Shown in pieces: positions 59,785 through 64,000 of a DNA stretch of 64,000 bases. A model generated the notes under the pieces. It was not told the origin of the DNA, did no database searches, and saw only the letters and a program-made list of their open reading frames with translations. Every line of letters starts with the position of its first letter. Positions within the stretch are counted from its first letter, which is position 1. Source of the DNA: Parcubacteria group bacterium. GTDB lineage: Bacteria > Patescibacteriota > Minisyncoccia > Moranbacterales > UBA2206. A program made the position numbers and the translations under genes. The stretch is from the NCBI GenBank assembly GCA_041645535.1, contig JBAZPT010000002.1:77605-141604 (forward strand), written 5' to 3'.

Positions 59785-59920
59785 CGGGAAAAGCAGAGAG
59801 TTAAGGTAATGTGCATCAAAGGCGGGTTGTAAATCCGCGATTATCGGAGTAAAAAGTAAAGTTATAAAAAACAACCACCTAGTTTAAATAGGTGATTGTT
59901 TCCGAGCTATGAAGTTTAAA

Positions 59921-60103
59921 CTATGTTAAATCTTCATAATCTGCTCCTTTAGCATTGTTTCTTGTCCACTCAATTGAAGTTTTTGCTCCTTGTTTTGAGT
60001 CGTAAGATTCGCTGCTTTTGGCTACTGTCTTACCGTTTCTATCGGATTTTAATATCCAATAGTAACATCCGGCGACATCCTTCGAAAGTTGGTATCTGGC
60101 CAT
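59921..60103 (-). CDS. YegP/DUF1508-family small protein
   Basis: MARYQLSKDVAGCYYWILKSDRNGKTVAKSSESYDSKQGAKTSIEWTRNNA. Confidence 0.6.
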   Translation of the reverse strand: MARYQLSKDVAGCYYWILKSDRNGKTVAKSSESYDSKQGAKTSIEWTRNNAKGADYEDLT

Positions 60104-60266
60104 AGCTTTGCTATTACGGCCTTATCCCTAGAATAAAGTCTGGTTGATTATCTGGCCTCTGGGGAACCAGAAAGGTACCTTCAATATACTATTTTAACAG
60201 GTCCTCAAAAAAAGTCAAGTTTTTCGTCGAAAATCACAAAAATTAAAATGGCTTAAATAAAGACAC

Positions 60267-60294
60267 TTGACAAGACTTTATAGTCATATATAAT
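60267..60294 (+). promoter_or_regulatory. sigma70 promoter giving a leaderless lexA-like mRNA
   Basis: TTGACA (60267-60272), 16 nt, TATAAT (60289-60294), with the ATG at 60302. Confidence 0.55.
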
Positions 60295-60301
60295 TAGGTT
60301 A

Positions 60302-60943
60302 ATGAGTAAATATCTTACATTAAAACAAAAAAAGGTACTGGAGCTAATTTATGATTCCATTTATTCTTCAGGTTTTTCACCCACACTTGCTGATCTTAAA
60401 GATGAATTAGGAGCTTCTTCAAATCAAACAGTTTTGAATTTTTTAGAAATATTAGAAAAAAAGGAGTGCATCAAAAAAATCGATAATAAAGCGAGGAGTA
60501 TTTCTATTACGCCATTTGGTTATAAGGAAATTGAAAAAGATCCATTGATAAAAATGGAAGGAACTAGCGCGGCTGGACCATATATCGAATCTTTTGCGGA
60601 TGTCTTTACTTTCCTGCCAATAAGCGGGCAGGTTTTAGAAAAAGAAAAAATAATAGAAGCTCAAGATAAAGTCTTTGTTATACAAATTAGCGGTGACTCT
60701 ATGATTAATGTAGGTATTAATGATGGAGACAAGCTACTTATCAAAAAATCTAAAGAATATAAGAGTGGAGATATTGTCCTTGCGAGGACGGATGATGGCA
60801 CGACAGTTAAACGTTTTGTTGCTGAAGGCGGAAAAAGATATTTACAGCCGGAAAATCCAGCTTACGAAAAAATGGTAATTATTCCCGGCGAAGTTGAATT
60901 TCAAGGCAAAGTAATTTTAAATCTTTCTAAAATAAATCAATAA
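60302..60943 (+). CDS. lexA: LexA-family repressor (wHTH + S24 self-cleaving peptidase)
   Basis: N-terminal LexA DNA-binding domain, an AAG cleavage-site candidate, Ser nucleophile GDSM, and Lys in TVKRF. Confidence 0.8.
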   Translation: MSKYLTLKQKKVLELIYDSIYSSGFSPTLADLKDELGASSNQTVLNFLEILEKKECIKKIDNKARSISITPFGYKEIEKDPLIKMEGTSAAGPYIESFADVFTFLPISGQVLEKEKIIEAQDKVFVIQISGDSMINVGINDGDKLLIKKSKEYKSGDIVLARTDDGTTVKRFVAEGGKRYLQPENPAYEKMVIIPGEVEFQGKVILNLSKINQ

Positions 60944-60944
60944 T

Positions 60945-62861
60945 ATGGCGGATCAAAAAAAGACCAGCGAAATCTTGGCAAAAATTTTTCATAATCCTGA
61001 TATGCAATTTGGACTCTCGGTTTTTGAAGGAATTGCTCCAGAGCAGGTTCTTAATCTTTCCGAAAAGGACGGAAAATATTATTTGGATTGTTTAAAACGG
61101 AAAAAGAATATACAAGCCAAGCCTGAAGAAATTGTGCGTCAACTTATGATTTATAAGCTGGTTAATTTTTATAAATACCCGCTTGATCGATTGGATGTCG
61201 AAGTGGATGTGCAATTCGGTCGAGAAATTGGATCCAAGAGAGCGGACATCGTTATCTATCGTGAAGATGGAAAAACTCCATATCTTATGGTTGAAGTGAA
61301 AAAACCTGATGTCAAAGATGGTCTTGGGCAACTCAAAAGCTACGCGAACGCAAACGGCGCGCCGATCCTCATTCTTACCGATGGAAAAGTGCAAAATAAT
61401 ATCTTGCGGACTGATCCGAATCTTTTTGAAGATCTGCCGGAAATTCCCAAATTTAATGAGACAGTTGATGATGTGCGGTCGAAAAAAATTACTTACGCCG
61501 ATTTGGATGAAATTCCGAATTTGAAACAGCTCGTTTATGAGTTGCAAGAAGTTGTTCTGACGCATAGCGGGGTAGATTCTTTTGATGAAATTTTCAAACT
61601 AATTTATGCCAAGCTTTTTGATGATATTGAAACTCCGCGAAATGACAATAGAAGATTTAGAGTTATTGCAGGAGCGACAAATAAGGAAAATTTAAATAAT
61701 ATTATCCGTCTATTTGAAGATGCGAAAGGACAATGGCGTGATGTTTTCAAACCGAAAGATGAAATAGAAATTCCGGAAAATGTGATTGTGCCAGCTGTTT
61801 CACTTTTGCAAAAGTATCGTCTTTTTGGGTCAAACTTGCAGGTAATTGATGATGCCTTTGAATATCTGATTAATCTGGATGCCAAAGGTGAAAAAGGACA
61901 ATACTTTACGCCGCGGCATGTAATAGACATGGCAGTCAAAATGTTAGCGCCTACTTCCAAGGATTATATTATTGATACGGCCGCCGGCAGCTGCGGATTT
62001 TTGCTGCATGCGATGCAATACGTTTGGGATAAAGAAATAAATAAGGAAAAATTTGAAGATGATTACAAATCTAAACAAAAAAACTACGCCGAGAAACATT
62101 TATTTGGGATTGATTTTGATCCGCGTTCGGTAAAAATTGGAAAAGCTATGATGCTTATCGCTGGTGATGGCAAAACTAATGTAACTTATGCTGATTCTTT
62201 GGACTCAGAAGTTTGGAATGAAGATGCAAAAGTTAAATTCAGGCCATTTTTACGACCACTTAAGGATAGCGAAGAAAACCGGCGCAATCAAGAAAAATTT
62301 TCCGAATTTAATTTTGATATTGTCCTAACCAACCCGCCTTTTGCCGGTGAGGTTAAGGGTGTAATGCTTAACAAATACGATCTGGGGTTTAAGTGGGACA
62401 AAGATTTTCAAAGAACATCTAAGCATCAAAATAAAGTTTCGCGCGATGTGCTTTTTATTGAGCGCAATCTGAATTTTCTGAAACCCGGCGGAAAAATGGC
62501 AATTGTTTTACCGCAAGGAGTTTTGAATAATACGCAGATGGAATATGTGAGAAAATTTATTTTGAATAAAGCTAGACTTTTGGCGGTTGTGGGACTGCAT
62601 GGAAACACATTTAAACCGCACACCGGAACAAAAACGTCAGTATTATTTTTGCAGAAGTGGGGGACTGATGAAAAAATTCCGAAAGACTATCCGATATTTA
62701 TGGCAGTGTCCAAAAAAGGCGGAAAGGATAATTCCGGAGATTATATCTACAAAAAAGACAGTGAGGGGAATGTGATGTTTGACGCCAGCGGGAAGAAAAT
62801 TATTGATCATGACTTAGATGAAATTGCAGAGGAATTCTTGAAGTTTACTAAAAATATTTAA
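60945..62861 (+). CDS. fusion of an HsdR-N-like PD-(D/E)xK domain with an N6-adenine DNA methyltransferase (HsdM-like)
   Basis: RADIVIYREDGKTPYLMVEVKKP, motif I IIDTAAGSCGFL, motif IV LTNPPFAG. It starts 1 nt after the lexA-like stop. Confidence 0.8.
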   Translation: MADQKKTSEILAKIFHNPDMQFGLSVFEGIAPEQVLNLSEKDGKYYLDCLKRKKNIQAKPEEIVRQLMIYKLVNFYKYPLDRLDVEVDVQFGREIGSKRADIVIYREDGKTPYLMVEVKKPDVKDGLGQLKSYANANGAPILILTDGKVQNNILRTDPNLFEDLPEIPKFNETVDDVRSKKITYADLDEIPNLKQLVYELQEVVLTHSGVDSFDEIFKLIYAKLFDDIETPRNDNRRFRVIAGATNKENLNNIIRLFEDAKGQWRDVFKPKDEIEIPENVIVPAVSLLQKYRLFGSNLQVIDDAFEYLINLDAKGEKGQYFTPRHVIDMAVKMLAPTSKDYIIDTAAGSCGFLLHAMQYVWDKEINKEKFEDDYKSKQKNYAEKHLFGIDFDPRSVKIGKAMMLIAGDGKTNVTYADSLDSEVWNEDAKVKFRPFLRPLKDSEENRRNQEKFSEFNFDIVLTNPPFAGEVKGVMLNKYDLGFKWDKDFQRTSKHQNKVSRDVLFIERNLNFLKPGGKMAIVLPQGVLNNTQMEYVRKFILNKARLLAVVGLHGNTFKPHTGTKTSVLFLQKWGTDEKIPKDYPIFMAVSKKGGKDNSGDYIYKKDSEGNVMFDASGKKIIDHDLDEIAEEFLKFTKNI

Positions 62862-62868
62862 AAATTAT

Positions 62869-63462
62869 ATGTTTAATAAAAATAAAAATGGAACAGAAAA
62901 TAAAAGCGTAATTTATGTTTTTATCGATGCTTCAAATCTTTGGCAAGCGCAGAAAGCCAAGGGAAAGCTTTTCAATTACGAGAAGCTCAGGAATTTTTTA
63001 AAAAGTAAATTTGAAGGGTTAGAGATAAAAGTTTTTTATTATACCGCATATCCTGCTGACGAAACAAGAAGCTATAGTACTGACGGAAGACATAAATTTT
63101 ATACTTTTCTAAAGAAGGGATTGGGTTTTGTTGTTAGAAAAAAGGAATTAAAACGCATAACTATAGTTACCGATGACGGTCAGGCTATTGAAGAGAAGGG
63201 AAATATGGATGTAGAAATGACCATCGATGCCATACATTATATGAAAAAATATGGCGTAGCCGTTTTGTTTACGGGCGATTCGGACTTTTTAGCGCTGGTA
63301 ACTTATTTAAGAAATGGCGGTAAAAAAGTTTATATTTTTTCATCAGAAAATAATGCTTCTAGAGAGTTAAAAACCGGAGGGGATGGATATTTTGATGTGT
63401 TAAAAATTGAGGATGATATTTGGGGTAAGGAGCTAAGGCATAGATCTAAAAAGACTGAATAA
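62869..63462 (+). CDS. NYN/LabA-like (PIN-fold) domain protein
   Basis: VIYVFIDASNLWQA ... NMDVEMTIDA ... LFTGDSDFLALVTYL. Confidence 0.75.
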   Translation: MFNKNKNGTENKSVIYVFIDASNLWQAQKAKGKLFNYEKLRNFLKSKFEGLEIKVFYYTAYPADETRSYSTDGRHKFYTFLKKGLGFVVRKKELKRITIVTDDGQAIEEKGNMDVEMTIDAIHYMKKYGVAVLFTGDSDFLALVTYLRNGGKKVYIFSSENNASRELKTGGDGYFDVLKIEDDIWGKELRHRSKKTE

Positions 63463-63469
63463 AAAAGCA

Positions 63470-63489
63470 AGCCCTCCTCGCGGAGGGCT
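63470..63489 (+). terminator. stem-loop without T-tract (possible terminator or processing site)
   Basis: AGCCCTCC-tcgc-GGAGGGCT. Confidence 0.35.
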
Positions 63490-63602
63490 GCCCTTGGATG
63501 TAATACCCTTTCAGTTATGACTAACCGAAAGACATAATAAGTATAGCAAAATCAACTTTGTTGTCAATAGTGTTGCCATACTACCAATTAATACGCTTAT
63601 TT

Positions 63603-63929
63603 ATGGGAAATATTTCAACAATTTTAAATATTATTCTAGGGCTTTTGACAGTCTATTTGTATATAGAAAATAAAAAGTTAAAAGGATTTGAAATCGAAAA
63701 AAATATAAAAATAAAAAGTATCGAAATCGATGAGTTAATGAATGAATATTCAGGGAGAAAAGCAATATTAATTCAGGATATGGCTAACAGGGGATTGACC
63801 TTCTCAAGCTTTAGGACACAAGCCGAGAATAATTTGAAAGAGGAATATGAAAATAAAACTAAAAAGCTAACAGCAAAATTAGTTTATTTAGAAAAACTAA
63901 AAAGATGCAAGTGGATTTTTAACAAGTAA
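63603..63929 (+). CDS. small TM + coiled-coil protein (108 aa), unknown function
   Basis: ATG at 63603 (MGNISTILNIILGLLTVYLYI), then a charged helical region. Confidence 0.45.
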   Translation: MGNISTILNIILGLLTVYLYIENKKLKGFEIEKNIKIKSIEIDELMNEYSGRKAILIQDMANRGLTFSSFRTQAENNLKEEYENKTKKLTAKLVYLEKLKRCKWIFNK

Positions 63930-63932
63930 AAT

Positions 63933-64000
63933 ATGATAAATTTTTCAATAATCCAAAAATCTCAACTCGAAGGTGCAATGCGAATTGATGCTGAATATTA
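63933..64000 (+). CDS. restriction-modification specificity subunit (HsdS-like), N-terminal fragment at window edge
   Basis: MINFSIIQKSQLEGAMRIDAEY resembles typical HsdS N-termini. The frame is open to the window end. Confidence 0.45.
   Translation, partial: MINFSIIQKSQLEGAMRIDAEY

Noticed and set aside
60221-60233. LexA box upstream of the lexA-like gene.
   Set aside because: I found no CTGT-N8-ACAG or CGAAC-N4-GTTCG type box. The only palindrome is TTTTCG-T-CGAAAA, about 35 nt upstream of the -35, and it matches no consensus I know. I kept it only as a candidate to test.
1-64000. CRISPR arrays, rRNA genes, reverse transcriptase/DGR or retron modules, transposases, prophage structural genes.
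   Set aside because: No regularly spaced direct repeats were seen; the palindromic repeats are dispersed and intragenic. No ORF has RT (YxDD), DDE/transposase or capsid/terminase features. The Bro-N, GIY-YIG, RhuM and Fic genes are isolated mobile-type genes, not a prophage.

Overview
This looks like a chromosomal window from a small-genome, AT-leaning bacterium. The gene content is most consistent with a Patescibacteria/CPR-type lineage: TrmB-type regulators, a T4SS-pilin-like protein, several O-antigen-ligase-like membrane proteins and very little biosynthesis. That lineage call is inference only. The standard genetic code is used, because TGA terminates conserved genes. The window spans the replication-origin neighbourhood. 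rpmH-rnpA-yidC-jag lie on the minus strand and diverge from dnaA-dnaN-trxB-DUF721 on the plus strand. The dnaA-dnaN spacer holds perfect DnaA boxes and an AT-rich stretch. Other housekeeping genes are pcrA, a XerC/D-like recombinase, rpsO, pnp, yraN, a DksA/TraR-like zinc finger, lspA, comM/yifB, rsmA, tRNA-Ala(GGC) and tRNA-Met(CAT). There are three accessory blocks. (i) 26.2-41.7 kb holds a same-strand cluster encoding a T4SS-like surface apparatus with no relaxase or coupling protein. It has PrgI/VirB3-like, VirB4, VirB6/TrbL-like and VirB2-pilin-like components, the pilin being fused to a lytic-transglycosylase-like domain, plus large secreted proteins and a TolB-like propeller. A Bro-N/GIY-YIG insertion interrupts it. 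(ii) 41.7-47.6 kb is a surface-glycan cluster with two ligase-like paralogs, two GT2 enzymes and a flippase. (iii) 54.4-64 kb is a mobile/defence island carrying class II Fic, RhuM and DinD-like fragments, a duplicated small membrane gene, a GIY-YIG cassette and YegP. It ends with a LexA-like repressor translationally coupled to a PD-(D/E)xK+N6-methyltransferase, then NYN, then the hsdS start. Hunt highlights: several families of short perfect palindromes sit in-frame inside housekeeping genes (pcrA, rsmA, xerC-like, comM, trxB, ligases, GT2), in the manner of Rickettsia palindromic elements. A family of CCCGTTA-terminated inverted-repeat elements lies between co-directional genes. A promoter-to-terminator structured RNA locus of unknown class sits at 16.6-17.1 kb. 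Perfect DnaA boxes occur away from oriC, including directly upstream of the T4SS-like cluster. Several promoters imply leaderless mRNAs. An asparagine-synthase-like gene carries an in-frame TAG. A GIY-YIG cassette carries a recoded replacement of its target gene's 3' end. No rRNA, CRISPR array, reverse transcriptase or transposase was seen.
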